This document shows, piece by piece, positions 24,743 through 38,000 of a DNA stretch of 64,000 bases. Both the position numbers and the translations under genes were made by a program. Within the stretch, counting starts at the first letter, position 1. Each line of letters starts with the position of its first letter. The stretch lies in assembly GCA_964106645.2 (NCBI GenBank), contig OZ067038.1, one strand, 5' to 3'. This stretch comes from Podarcis pityusensis (lineage: Eukaryota). The notes beneath the pieces are model-generated. The model had not been told where the DNA came from and searched no databases. It saw only the letters and a program-made list of their open reading frames with translations.

Positions 24743-27700
24743 TTCCATCTGAGCTATGTATTACAGTGTCACTATACAGCTTTTGCCAGTAGGTCAAGAT
24801 GCGCCTTTTTATCCAGGTATTGGGAGGGATAGGGTGATATATTTACTGATGCCGCCACCTCTGCTGCTTTTACTATGAATGCATGCATTTCATCTTTTTA
24901 TATAACCTGTCAGGGTCTTTGGGTGAAGAGCAGGTAACAAATCTAACAGATCAATCAAAATTTCCAGGGTGCCTTACTAAGTTCTTAAAATTGTCTCTCA
25001 GATGTCCTGAGAAATTACATTTCCAGGATTCTTGGTACTTAGATGACTGCCGTTCCAGATGCCAGCCATAGTGTAATGAAGATATTGTCAGTTAAAAGAG
25101 GGAATGAAAAGAGGCATTTGCAGTGATGGGAAGTGATGGCACTGGGGAAATCTCCAGTAGAGCTTGTGTTCAGCTCAAAAGAAGCTGAATACACCTAGGT
25201 TCACAATTATGGACCTCCCTCCTCCAGTTCTGAACTTTGGCACTGTCCATGGTATTTTTACAAGAATAATGTTGCAAGAATAATGAAAATAAGGTTCTCG
25301 GAATATTTTGCTTGCTTTTTTCTCATCTCAAAAGAAAAAATATTTCTCATTGTAAAACAGGTGGCATACCAGATCAAATAACTTATAAGAAGCTTAAACG
25401 AATTCCTGAAAGGTTTGTTTTAAAAAAGAAAAGAAAAATCATCACTTTCTAATTTATACAAGAAAATAATGATTTTAATGGAGCCCAAGAATGTTTCTTA
25501 TCAATAGCCAGAGAGAATTATGCTAGCCTAACCCAACTTAATTGGGAATAAGTCCTATTGAATTCAGTAGACCTTATTTCTAAATAGACATGATTAGGAT
25601 TGTGCAGTTAATGAAGTTAACATAGACAGAATGTAATAACATAGACAGAATGTAATAACACAGACAGAATGTAATTTCTTTTAACCACCCTTTGTGACAG
25701 CAGTACTCTTCTGTTGTCCTTGGGGTAAAATGAACAGTCTGCATATCTGCAGTGTATTTTATAAATTCAAATGGGCTGTTGTCTTGTCTTTTAAAAATGA
25801 TGCAGGATTGAAGGAATGGTATTTTACGTATTTAGTTCAAAAGCTCGACAATAACCTTCATTTTAAGTGTGCATCCTCCAGTTGCTAGATCATTCGTTCT
25901 ATAATAGCCTTTCCATAGAATTTCTTTGATACTTGCAGTGCAAGCCTATGCCTATTTGCGTGGAAGTAAGCTCCACTGTGTAAGGCTTACTGATAGGGAG
26001 GTGTGTAGAGGTTTATAGCTTAGCTGATCATAGTAATAAACAGAATTTACTATAAATGTCTCATAACTTGCCTTTAACAACATCCAGGCTTGCCTTCTCC
26101 TGTTAAGTGATGAGCTGGCATAAGATTGATCTATGATCAACTAAAAATAATGTGAAAGTCTCATTTTACCAAGTTGGCAATATTAAGTTTTTACTTTAAA
26201 AGTGCTAAATTTTAATGAGGGGTAATGTGAGACTATCTCCTAAAGGGAAATGTGTGGAAGAATCATACTCTTCCTCTGCCATTGCTTCTTCAGAATATCT
26301 AAAGTGGCCCTTGGTGATGAGTGTAGGTGAGATGTTTTTCTTCAACGCTGTTCCTCTCAGTTTCTGTTTTGTGCGTGTTCATGTGTGTGGTTGGTAACTG
26401 CTGCTAATAGTAGGGGCTGATAAATGGCATATGATTGAGGTGCCAGTGAAATTAAATCATGCCTAAGCTCAGTAATAGAGTCTATGAAAAGGTCCATCAT
26501 TTCAGTTCGTCTGTAGGCATCATATTGAACCTTGACATATAATAGAAATAAAGTCATTTGTAGTAAGTGCCTAAAAGTCATGCTGTATTGGACCAAAGGC
26601 CCATCTTGTCCAGATGTCCATGGGAAGCCCTCAAGGATGATATGGGAGCAATAGCACATTCCATACTTGTGCTTTCAGGCAATAGGTATTCAGAGACATA
26701 CCACCTCTGATACTGGAGGTAGCACACAGAAGTCATTGATATCCTCCAAGGATTTCTCTAAAACCCTTTTAGTCATTGAAGCTGGTGACCATTACTACAT
26801 CTTATAGTAGTGAATTTAATAGTCTAATTATGCACTGTGTGAAGAGGCATCTCCTTGTCTAGCTACAATTTTCCAGCATGCAGCTTCAGTAGCTGGGCCA
26901 AGGTTCTAGCATTATGAAGAGAAAGAAAAAAGTTATGTCTGTGTGCTTTCTACACATTAAGCATATTCCTATATTATGTCCCGCCCCCACCCCGCTTGCT
27001 TACTTTTTGAACTAAAATGCCCCATATGTTGTAATTTTCCCTCATAAGGGAGTTGTTCCAGCTCCGTGATCATTTTGGTTGCCCTTTTCTGAACCTTTTC
27101 CAGCTATACAATATTCATTTTGAGGTGTGGAGACCACCTGCCAAAATGTCAAAATGGCATTTTGTTTTGTTTTTTTGAGTTCTTAGATCATTGTAATCAA
27201 TCTGGCTGCTTGGCTTTCCAAGAGAGAAAGCTGTTAACACTTGTTTTATGCAGGGTAATATTACAGACATGAAACTTGCACTTTGGTCTCACCTTGTCAA
27301 AGTGATGCTCTTTGTCTCTAAATGTGGCCTACTTAGTTGGTAGCTTAAACCAGTGGGAATTTTCAGCTTTGTAGTTCACTATCCATCCAAGAAATTGACG
27401 CAGAACTTGAAATGGTACAGCAACTCCCAATAGGCCTTAAATAAAATTATAGTTTTAAAGTTTAATATAAATGTTTTTTGGAAAAAGTTACTGCTTTCTC
27501 AGTAAACATTTTCTAGATAACTTGTAAAATTAGAGAAAGCAAACACACTCAGGAAAGCTTTGGCTATTATTGCTCCACGGTTTACAAAAGAGTGATTCAT
27601 CTTTTTATAAAAGTGCTCCTGTGAAATCTTAGGTTGCATTTATGTCTAGACATTGACCAAAACAGTCATCATGCCAAAGACTTTGTAAAAAGATGTATTT

Positions 27701-30700
27701 GTTATCCTGGCACTGATATCCAGTACCAATGCTTGAAATGTTTGCTGGCTAACTTTCTAGTCTAGAGGACTTTTCTAGATGACTGTAGAAGATGCTAGAC
27801 GAGGAGGGGGGAATTATTACTGCAAATTTGTTAAATTCTTTTTTTATCGCAGAAAAGATTAGGTGACTGTGATGGTTAAACCAGCAACAAAATGCAGTGT
27901 TTAATAAATGTTTTGAAAAAGAGTAATTGAAATGATATCTCTTGCTGAGGGAGAGCATATTTTAAAACACTTTTAGCTGTTAATAATAATAATAATTTTT
28001 ATTTATATCCCGCCCTCCCCAGCCGAAGCTGGGCTCAGGGTGGCTAACAAAAATCAAATAATCAAACAATCAAATAATCAAACATTCTAAAAACATTTCA
28101 TTATAAAAATTAATTAAAATCAAATTAATGGCAACCGTTAAGCAAAATTCTGTGCAGGTTGCCAGAGGAGGGGGTCAGGCTGCGCCCTGACCAAAGTCCT
28201 GGTGGAACAACTCTGTCTTGCAGGCCCTGCGGAAAGATGTCAGGTCCCGCAGGGCCCTAGTGTCTTGTGACAGAGCGTTCCACCAGATTGGAGCCGCAGC
28301 TGAGAAAGCCCTGGCTCTAGTTAATCATAATAGCTATTATTTTCCACCCTTCATCCTAAGGTTTCAGGGCAAGTAACAACATAAAAACACAATATTAAAA
28401 ATAGGTTAAAATGGCTTACAGTCAGAGAAATAAGACATGTTCTTAAACACCTCAAGTGTCAAAACTAGGGCAAAAGTAATAGCAATGCTTACATCATGCG
28501 TACCTGTCTGATCGTGACTATGGCATCAATGCTCTGTTTCACAAGTATATGCCCCCAACCATGCTCAGTTGAATTATTCAGCGGCAACCAGGAATATATG
28601 CATGCAAACTGTTTCTTCAAATTTACATAAATTTAAAAATATAATTGACAATGAGTTTCTATTTGATGTTTTTTATAGCCTTGTTAAACATGGTGATGCC
28701 TGTTTCAAGCCAGATGAATGTCCGTGTTCTTGGAAAGGCAAAGAGTACTTTCCTGGGGATAAAGTAATTTCTTCCTGCCATACATGGTGAGTAGAAACTT
28801 TAAAAAAGAAAATCTCATGTTATAAATGCAACTATACTATTCTGGTTCTAAATTGCTGTTTTGTTTTTTTCCTATTTCAGTATTTAAATGCATATACCAG
28901 CAGTTAAGTGATTTTTTAAAAATAAACATCTTAAAATTGTTTTTAATAACCAAATTATGCATTGGGAAAATGATGGATAGCTATGGGAAAAAATTATAAA
29001 TTAATCAGTGTAATAACTCCAGAGGACTGATTTGGAGTCGGGGAAAGGTGAAGCACCTGTGAAAGAAGATGCGGTGACAACTGACCTTCTGACAGCAGAG
29101 TCACTCCTACTTACCTGGAGGGGAGGGGACAAGGCAAGGTGGCGGGAAGGAGCACATTGCAAATGCACTGACAGAGCCAATCTAGCACTCCTTCTGGTTC
29201 ATTTGCACTGCACTGACATTCCTGTCTCCTTGCTCATTCACTTCTCTCTCCCTGTTAGCAGCAGAGACTCAACTGCTGGGAGGTCAGCTAATCACACTAT
29301 CGAACCACACTATTCCACCATTATTGTGAAGCACCTGCTTCTGCCAAACACCTTCCTTTCAAAGCTGCTTCACTTTTTTCTAAAAATGAAGTCATACGCG
29401 ACTATTGCATTAATTAGCCTGTAATGTATAGTTTTCCCTTAACATCCAACACAATATTAACTACCTTTCCTAAATTAGTTCCCACTTCCAAATATACATA
29501 CATATTTTAAAGATGAATCTTAGTCTCCTTTCATAAATCACCATATTTTATCCTTGTCTTTCATATTTGGACTAAAACCCAAATAAACAAATCCTGTTAC
29601 AGCATCATTTGCTTAACGGTGGTTTATATTCATACAGCAGTTCTTAAGCAAGGTCCTTCACTCTCCACCCATTTTTCTGAACCAGTGATATGCTGGTGTT
29701 TCCATACAACAAACAAATGTGTGACAGCTAAAATCTTGGAAATAATACCCCATCTTATGCCTCTTCTTCCCATCATCTAGACTGATAGCAGAAGTATTAC
29801 AGAGTGTTGCAACCACAACACTGTATCTTAACAGTATCTTAACCCCTGTTGACCAGTTTGGCTAATTTGTTCCATCTGGTTACCGCTGGGCCTGCACAAC
29901 TCTATAAAGCCTAGAGTAATCCAGGCTGGTCCAGTCAGCACTAGTCAATGCCTTGTCTGGATGTCTTTGCCCAATCCAGCCTTGTGCTGACTGCCTGCCT
30001 CTGCCTCTTGTCAGGTTCTCAGTATCTGCTCTAGAAGACATTTGTAGCCCTTTGGCCGACTGGTGAAGCGACTTACAAGCCATCTCTACTTGGCAGGAAG
30101 GTAAAGTGACCCCGTGTTACCTCCCTTGGTCCCCAAGGCCTGTACACTTTTAACTTTTAATAATTGTTTGCACACACAAAAATTCGTTCCCTGTAGAGGA
30201 TGTCATGAAGGGCTTGCTGTAATTCTGAAACGGCATAATGTATTAGTTGAGAAGTCGAAACCCAGTCATTAATAATATAACAGGCAAGAGGATAATTAGA
30301 TTGTTAGTATTTATTTTCTGATCTTTTCAAGAAGTGAATCTTCACCAGAGTATAAACTTCCAATTATCCACCAATATGCTAGCAATATCCACGTTGCTTA
30401 TAGAAGAAAGCTCAGTGGGCAGGATTCACCTAACAAGCTCTATCAGTGAAAGCCCAGCGCAAGGGTCAAAGGGCCCTCTCCTTCCAATTTGGCTTGAGGG
30501 GGTCAGGAGAACTCCCACAACAGCATGTAGGGGAATGGGGGATAATAATCATTCAAGCTTGCATGAATAGAATGCTTGTAATAGTGTGATATGTTTTTCT
30601 CAATATGTTTTACAAGATACTCAAGGTGAGTTTGGTAGAATGTAAATATTTATCAATTAATCAAATCTTTATTACGGTCATAGACCAGCATAAATAGGGT

Positions 30701-33700
30701 GGGGTACAATCATTTGCAAAATATGTAAAACGTTTTGGAGAGCTAAAATTATTAAAATAGAAGGTATATATAAAAGACTATAAGAAGCTAAAAGAAGCTA
30801 AAAGAAGGGTTAGGAGCATTAAATGGATGTGGAAGAGCATAAAAGGTTAGTATATAAGAGGCTATGACTATCACTTTACAAAGCACTCTGATGTGAGTGT
30901 TCATTAAATCTAGTTTGTGGTGCAGGTCATCAACCAATGAATTTTGAATGCTGCTATGCAGAACCAGGCAACATTGTATGTTGTAGCAAGGTTGGCATCT
31001 GAAAGCAGCAGGGAGGTATAGAATTGTCCTGTGCGCCCTGGGTACTTATGGAGTAGTGGGAAGATGAGGCTAATACGGATGTGTCTATAATATAGGTACT
31101 GGAGAAGCACATGCTCTTTTGTTTCTATTTGTCCAGAATCACGGGGGCATTGTCTCTCCGAGTAATGAATCTTCCTATAGTAAATATGTATTATTGATAT
31201 TGTTCATATCTCAGGTTGATGCTGAAATGGATATTAGACTAACATCACACTGAATAAGAATAGAATTTGTTTTTAATGGATATCCAGTGAATGTATAACT
31301 GTATGTGTTAATGAAACTGGACTAATTGTATTTCATTTTTATAAATACATGTGTAGATTTTTAAAAAAACAACACCTTCACAATACCACTGTATATCTAT
31401 TTTTCAATGTGGCATTTATTTTTGATATTTTGTATTATTTGTATCAGACTAAGTCATGCTCAGAGCAGATCCAGTGACATTAATGGAGCCAAGTTAGCCA
31501 TGACCATTATTTCCATGGATCTGTTATGTGATCCGTTATGTAATTGGATACAGTTCTATGATTTTTTGTAATATTTTCAGGTAGTTTCATTTATTTCCTA
31601 CTTTTCATTTTGAGTTATTACTTTACATGTGTTCAGTTTAGTGTTACAATATATTATAATTCAGATGATTATATAATTTCACATGGAATCAGCAAACATT
31701 TTTATTCTTCCCAAAGTGGGATGCTATGAGGTTTTTGTTGTCTGGCACTGCAGCATTCAGTTAGGTCCAGCAATCTGGGCCCAGAAGCAGAATTCACACA
31801 CATTGCTTTATGCATGTGCATCTTATCCATTCACTGAAATGTATGGATTGGTTGCATGTGCAACAACTTTGTGTCCGAACTGGATTTCTGGATCAGGAGG
31901 AGTGTCAATGCATTTTGCTTTCACAGAAGATTAACAGACTTATTTGTGCATATTACAATTACTTTTGAAATTACATTTCTTGATTTTCTTTCCACCATCA
32001 CCAGCATCTGCTATCATGGGTCATTTGAATGCACTTTCCATCCTTGCCCATCAATGTGTACTACGTATGGAGACCGCCATTACAGAACTTTCGATGGACT
32101 TTCCTTTGATTACATTGGGAATTGTAAGGTTTACCTGGTTAAGGTAAGACTTTGAGGGTTTTTTGTTTTTTTAAAAAAAGTTTTGCTTTTTTCTAAAAAA
32201 CCAACATACTAATTCTAAATTTTAAGTTGAATAAAGCTTGCATTAAAAGGTAAGACTAGTGGCATTTTTTTACCTGCTGCACTACCTCACCAGCCATCTC
32301 TGTGTGAGTTCTATCTTCAGAGCCAGAGAGAGATATCATTAAGGGGTGGGATCAGAGTGGCTGGAGAATTGGACACATTAGACAGGTTTTCATCAAATGT
32401 CAACAAGTTGCAAACAGCTGCTTTCTCCCCCATCTGCAGAGTTCCTCAATTACTAGTATATCGATCATCATAGAAAACGTGAATTGCTTTAACACTGGGA
32501 TCATTTGCAGAAAGTATATTTTCATTAACATTGGAAAATCATTCATAATATTTGACGATGACACTGGAGATCCGGTAAGCTCTAGCACTGCAGAAGGAAA
32601 GACACATAGGTATAACTGTACTAGGGACTGCTGCCCCTGCTTGCTCTGCTCACCAACCCTGCAAGCCTACAAATGTTTGCCAACCTCTTCTCCCACACCT
32701 GACTACTGCCTCAATTTGCCTTGTGCTTGAGCCAGCCCCGGTACACATATACATATTTTCCCCTTCAGTGCCTTTGTGTTTTCTACTGCACATACTTGCA
32801 CCTGACATCACATGATGGATGTGCTGATGTGTGTGTCAAGCAAGGTGATAAGCAGCATGCAGAGAAAATGCAAAGTGGACCCTGCACATTAAACATAGGT
32901 ACGAAGCAACCTCTAAGCATGCATAATTTAAACAATGGTTTCAAGCCAAGAAACGTCACGTCTTTTGAAAAAACAGACCCATATATTAAATAGTATTAAC
33001 CCAGAGAGATGTGCAGAAGACACTGAAGTGCTTGTTCTTCTAAATGTAGTTTACACAAGCTTTTACTGTGAGATGAACGCAGCACCCCATAGTCGCTTTG
33101 ACTGGACTTAATCACCCAGGAGTCCTTTATCTTACCTTTTACAGTGATCCATGTATTAATAACCATGAGACTGGATTGATTCAACACACTCTATGTGGGG
33201 TTGCCCTTAAAGCTGCAGCTGGTACAGAATGCAGCTGTGTGGCAGTTCGCTGAAGCAACCCACCATGAGCACATAAACCCCTAATAAATAACCTGTAACA
33301 AGCTGCTGGGGCATCCTACTTTGAGAAAGTGCCTTCTCCCATATAGATCTGCCCATGCACTGAGATGAGCAGATGAGGCCCTTTTGATGATGCCACAGCT
33401 ATCTGTGATCACTTTGTGACTTCTTGGATGATGGCCTTTACGGTGATAGCTTTACGGCATGCATGAACAACACTATGCTTTCATTCTATGTTTGTTAAAC
33501 CTGACCACTAGTACTCAGTACACTTATTGCTGTGGATATTGTATTGCTGTGATATATATTAATGAAATGGTATAAAAATGCTTTAAATGAATAAGTAAAT
33601 ATGTGTGGGCTGGCTTTTCCTAACAGAGTCCATTGAGTTACCTAGACAAACTGCAGCAAGTGCATATATGGAAAGCTGGTTTTTTCACACTTGTTCACTT

Positions 33701-34956
33701 TCCCAATGAACAAATCACAGTAATGTGGGATCAAAGAACAACTGTTCATGTAGAGATAGGACCTCAATGGCAGGTAAGAGCACATTGCCTCATCTAATTA
33801 TGAGTATGATGTAGTTACAGTTAAGCACTTTGAAACCCCATTCATTTTTCTTGGAGAGATTTAGCATTATACTTAACAGTCCAGTTGAAGTCAATGGGAT
33901 TCCCAAGGGTTTGGCTTTGTCTAGAATGAGTCGTATATTTAACATATGAAGAAGCTTAGATTTATTGTATAAATTAAATATTGTAGTAAATAATGAGCAT
34001 TGCCATATCTAGGGTGAAATACAGTCATATATTGTCCAATATACAACCAATAGTCATAAATATTGAGAGTTGTAGTCTAAGAATATTTGAAGGGCACTAC
34101 TGGGCACTTGATTATATGCCTTTGGGAACAGAGATTTTTCTACAGGACTTTTGATTAGAAAACAAAATGCCACCAGTTGGTCATAATAACTTTGCCTTCT
34201 TTTTAGGGTGTGCTGACAGGATTATGTGGAAATTTTGATTCAAAAACAATAAATGAAATGAGAACTCCAGAAAATTTTGAGTTAACAAATGCACAAGAAT
34301 TTGGAAGTAGCTGGGCAGCTGTAGAGGTAAATAATTGGAGTGGTCACTCATTCTATTTCACTACATAGTTCTTTATCATTTAAAATCAAGCACCAACTGC
34401 ACTGTATGTTACTGGCTTTCATGTTCTGAATAGTAGTGCTAAACAATGGTTTAAAAACTATAATTTTAAAAGTATTACATTGTTTGTACTATTGTGTAAC
34501 TTTGTTTTTATTCAAACCCCAATGTAGCTCTTTTTAAAAAATGACAATAGTGGGCACTTTCAGAAGCTTTAAGTTGGATTTTCTAACCATCAGCACACTC
34601 CCTTTGGCAAACATATAGCAGTAATATGCCACTCTCAGTACATGGGGCCAGGGAGGAATAAGGGGAACAACATGACCAAAAAAGTAGGCTTTTAAAGGAG
34701 AAGTATATCAATGCCTCCTAAAGAGTGAGTGAGTGAGTGAGTGAGTGAGTGTGTGTTTGCATGAGTCCATATCCCAACTCCTGGTGACTGTTTAAATCAG
34801 AATGAGCAGCACACTGATAGTCATTTTACTTTAGGTTCTGGTAAGAAAATCCTCTATACATATTATAGACAGTTAGACATGGTGAATTCTTCTGTAGTTA
34901 TAGGTGTTTATGCATGGGGGACTGTCAGTGTGCTGTTCAGAACAGCTGTGCTACAG

Positions 34957-35015
<59 letters not shown>

Positions 35016-38000
35016 ACCTAGTGTATGTTACACTTCTTGGTTATTTTAAAAGTTAGAAAACCATACTGCTTGTAAGAAAATGTTCTCCTGGTTGATTATT
35101 TTGCTTTTGGATTCAGTGTGTTGACAGCTCTGACATTCGGCATCCATGCATTTTAAACCCACTCAGAGAACCATTTGCCAAGAAAGAATGTGGAATACTC
35201 TTAAGTGAAATATTTGAGTCTTGCCATCCAGTGGTAAGTAGCTGCTAATGCATAATAATAATTCTTAAGTTTTTTTAATGTATAGCTCCTGAATTCCATA
35301 TTAGAAAAATGTTGAACTCTGATCCTGCATTTACAGTTTGATCATAAAGTCTGTTGCATTTAGGATGGACAGGAAGAACAACCACAGTAACTACGCTAAC
35401 TGGGTTCTATATGGCTACCTGTAAGACTGATGTTTCAGGAACACTAATGAGTTTGCAGTCCCCACCCGGAATTTGTGTTGACCTGTGGAGGTGACAGTTC
35501 ATACAACCAGTGTCTGAACACAAATTGTGGCACTGCATGCTCACCTACCAATATAAAGACATCAATTCGCATAAAAAGTGTTTCTACGTTATCTTGGTGA
35601 GGTTCCAAGCCTGCTGGCAGTGATCACATTGTGCTGACAGTGTGTGCAGTATTCACCTGAAGCAATTAGGTGAAGCAATTATTTTCCTCTCTTCCCATTC
35701 CATGATCCTGAGCAGTTACTACCAGTTACTGCTATTTTTAGAACTGCAAGGAAGATGTTCCCAACATAGAATAATCTTAACTGTGGAATGTGAAATGTTT
35801 GCAGCAATCAGATATAGCAGCATATAGCACCAATATATAGCACAGTACAATGGTGTAGCATCATTGACTGATGAACTGATAGTGCCAGGAACAAGGTATT
35901 ACCAAGTTGTGGCACAGGGAAGAAAAGAAAAAGGTTATTTAATTGTTAAATCTGTGCCAGTTTTAACTATCATAAATGTTGTATATAAATGCTAGGAGGC
36001 CAATAAATTCTACATATTAGTTCATATTTATTTTCTTGTTTACAATATAGAAACTTTGGGAAGGATGCATGAGGCTCTGGCAGAGTCCTGGAGTCCTCCT
36101 ATTTCTTTCCCAAAGCTGGAAAAGTGCTTACTAGGCTTTGGGAAGTAGGGAGAAGGACTCTAGGTCCCTGTTCTTATGAAAGCCCAGTGCCTTCCTTACC
36201 TGTGAAGGCTGGGAGTGTCAAATGTTGCAAAACAACAAGGCATATATGAAAGGACATAGTGATGAACTTGTTTAATACAAATCAGCAGTAAATGCTGCGT
36301 GCCAGAATCCTTTGGAACTTGCTTTTTAGATTTCTGTGGCTCTGTGCTGAAAACACATTGGGTTGCCAATGTTTGTGTAGGTAATGATATGTTACAGTAA
36401 TAATTATCTTCTTCAGGTTGATGTCACCTGGTTTTATTCAAACTGTTTGACAGACACATGTGGTTGTAACCAGGGAGGGGATTGTGAGTGTTTCTGCACA
36501 AGTGTTTCAGCCTATGCACATCAATGTTGTCAACAAGGAGTTACAGTAGACTGGAGATCTCCGAGATTGTGTCGTAAGTATGCTTAAATACTCTTTGCAT
36601 GCTGAAATAGAATGGAAAAATTTGTGTCTGTACCCAGCTTTAATTACTGCAATGTGTGCATTACTGATTTGCTAGTGAGAAAATGTAGGCATTTATGGAT
36701 TCCCTATTCCTTTTGCAGAAGAAAATTGAACCGATTCCCTGTTCTGTAGCCTTTTTACTCTGAGGCCAGGTTTTCAATCAATTCCAGTGCTAGGGATGGA
36801 TCTGTTTTTATAGTTTCCTATTGAGTCATGGCAGTCTAGAAGTTTATCTCTTGTGCTGTCTTTCTCTAGAATTTACAAATCACTTAATCTCTGCTGGTCA
36901 TCCTAGTTAAGTGAGCCATCCTCCCTGCAGTGAGATCCAGGCTTAGTGGGACATTGTTGTGTTGAAGGAGTATTGGTGCTTAAAGAATTCTCTCAACTGG
37001 TAGTGAGCGGAAGGCAAAAAGCTCTACCTTTTTTTCCATTTAAGCAGAAGTACATGAAGTGTGAATGATTCAGATTTCTTTCTGGTCTTTTAAAGTTAAG
37101 TTCAAAGCTGGGCATTATGCATTTTCTCTAGAAGATGCAAAAGCTGTTGTATTCACATCAATTTCTCATCTCTCTGCAGGAAAGATGTACAAAGATGTAT
37201 GACCAAGCTTATTCTTATCCACTAGAGGTCACACGAGGATAAGCATCTGCAAATTGCAGCTTATACTTCATTCTGTATCAGATTTATTAGTCAGTAGTAT
37301 GTGAGTTTTTAATTAATTTGCCAGTCTTAATTTCTCTTCCCAGTCTGAATAAAAATGGAATGTGATTGTGCAAATATGCCCATATGTATACAGAACATAC
37401 TACTAGTTGTGTTCCAGATTTATATTGCTCACTGTTTCCTTTCCTTTCCTTTTAGCTTATGATTGTGAATATATCAATAAAGGTAAGCAAATCATGGGGA
37501 ACTGATGATAAATCAGTTCTGTATTTTTCTGTCCACTTTTAATAAAATAACAACTTCATATCCAGTTTTATCAAAGCAGCATTCATTCCTGTTTAAACAT
37601 ACAGGTACGGTTCTGATTAACCTTGAAATGTATACCAGGATCAAATGTGGATCAAATTTATATCTGATCCACATAATTATTCCATACATTTGAGAGCGAG
37701 TTGCACCCCTGCACTCTCCATCTAATATCTCACATTCTGAACAGTATTTCTAAGGCAAAGGAGAGTATGAAGGTAATAAAAAAATGTAGTAGATTACCAT
37801 CCTTGTTCCTCCTGTGTGTGCCTCAGCACTTGAAAGCTTTCTGTGAGATAGAGACCTGCACTTGCCACTTGAATATGACTTCAAGAATTGGTACACGTGC
37901 ATCATTACTGGAGTGGTCATAAAACAGTCAAGAATGGCCAAATCCAGAATTTTGTCTCCTTCTGCCTCTCCTGCTATTTATCTAATATTTACTATCAAGT

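Noticed and set aside
24609-24797. Minus-strand peptide [13 protein letters not shown] resembling the recalled otogelin C-terminal FTFPNGTTSLFLP
   Set aside because: Wrong strand, no flanking cysteines or splice sites, and it lies in a dispersed repeat also seen near 11668 and 30417; treated as coincidence.
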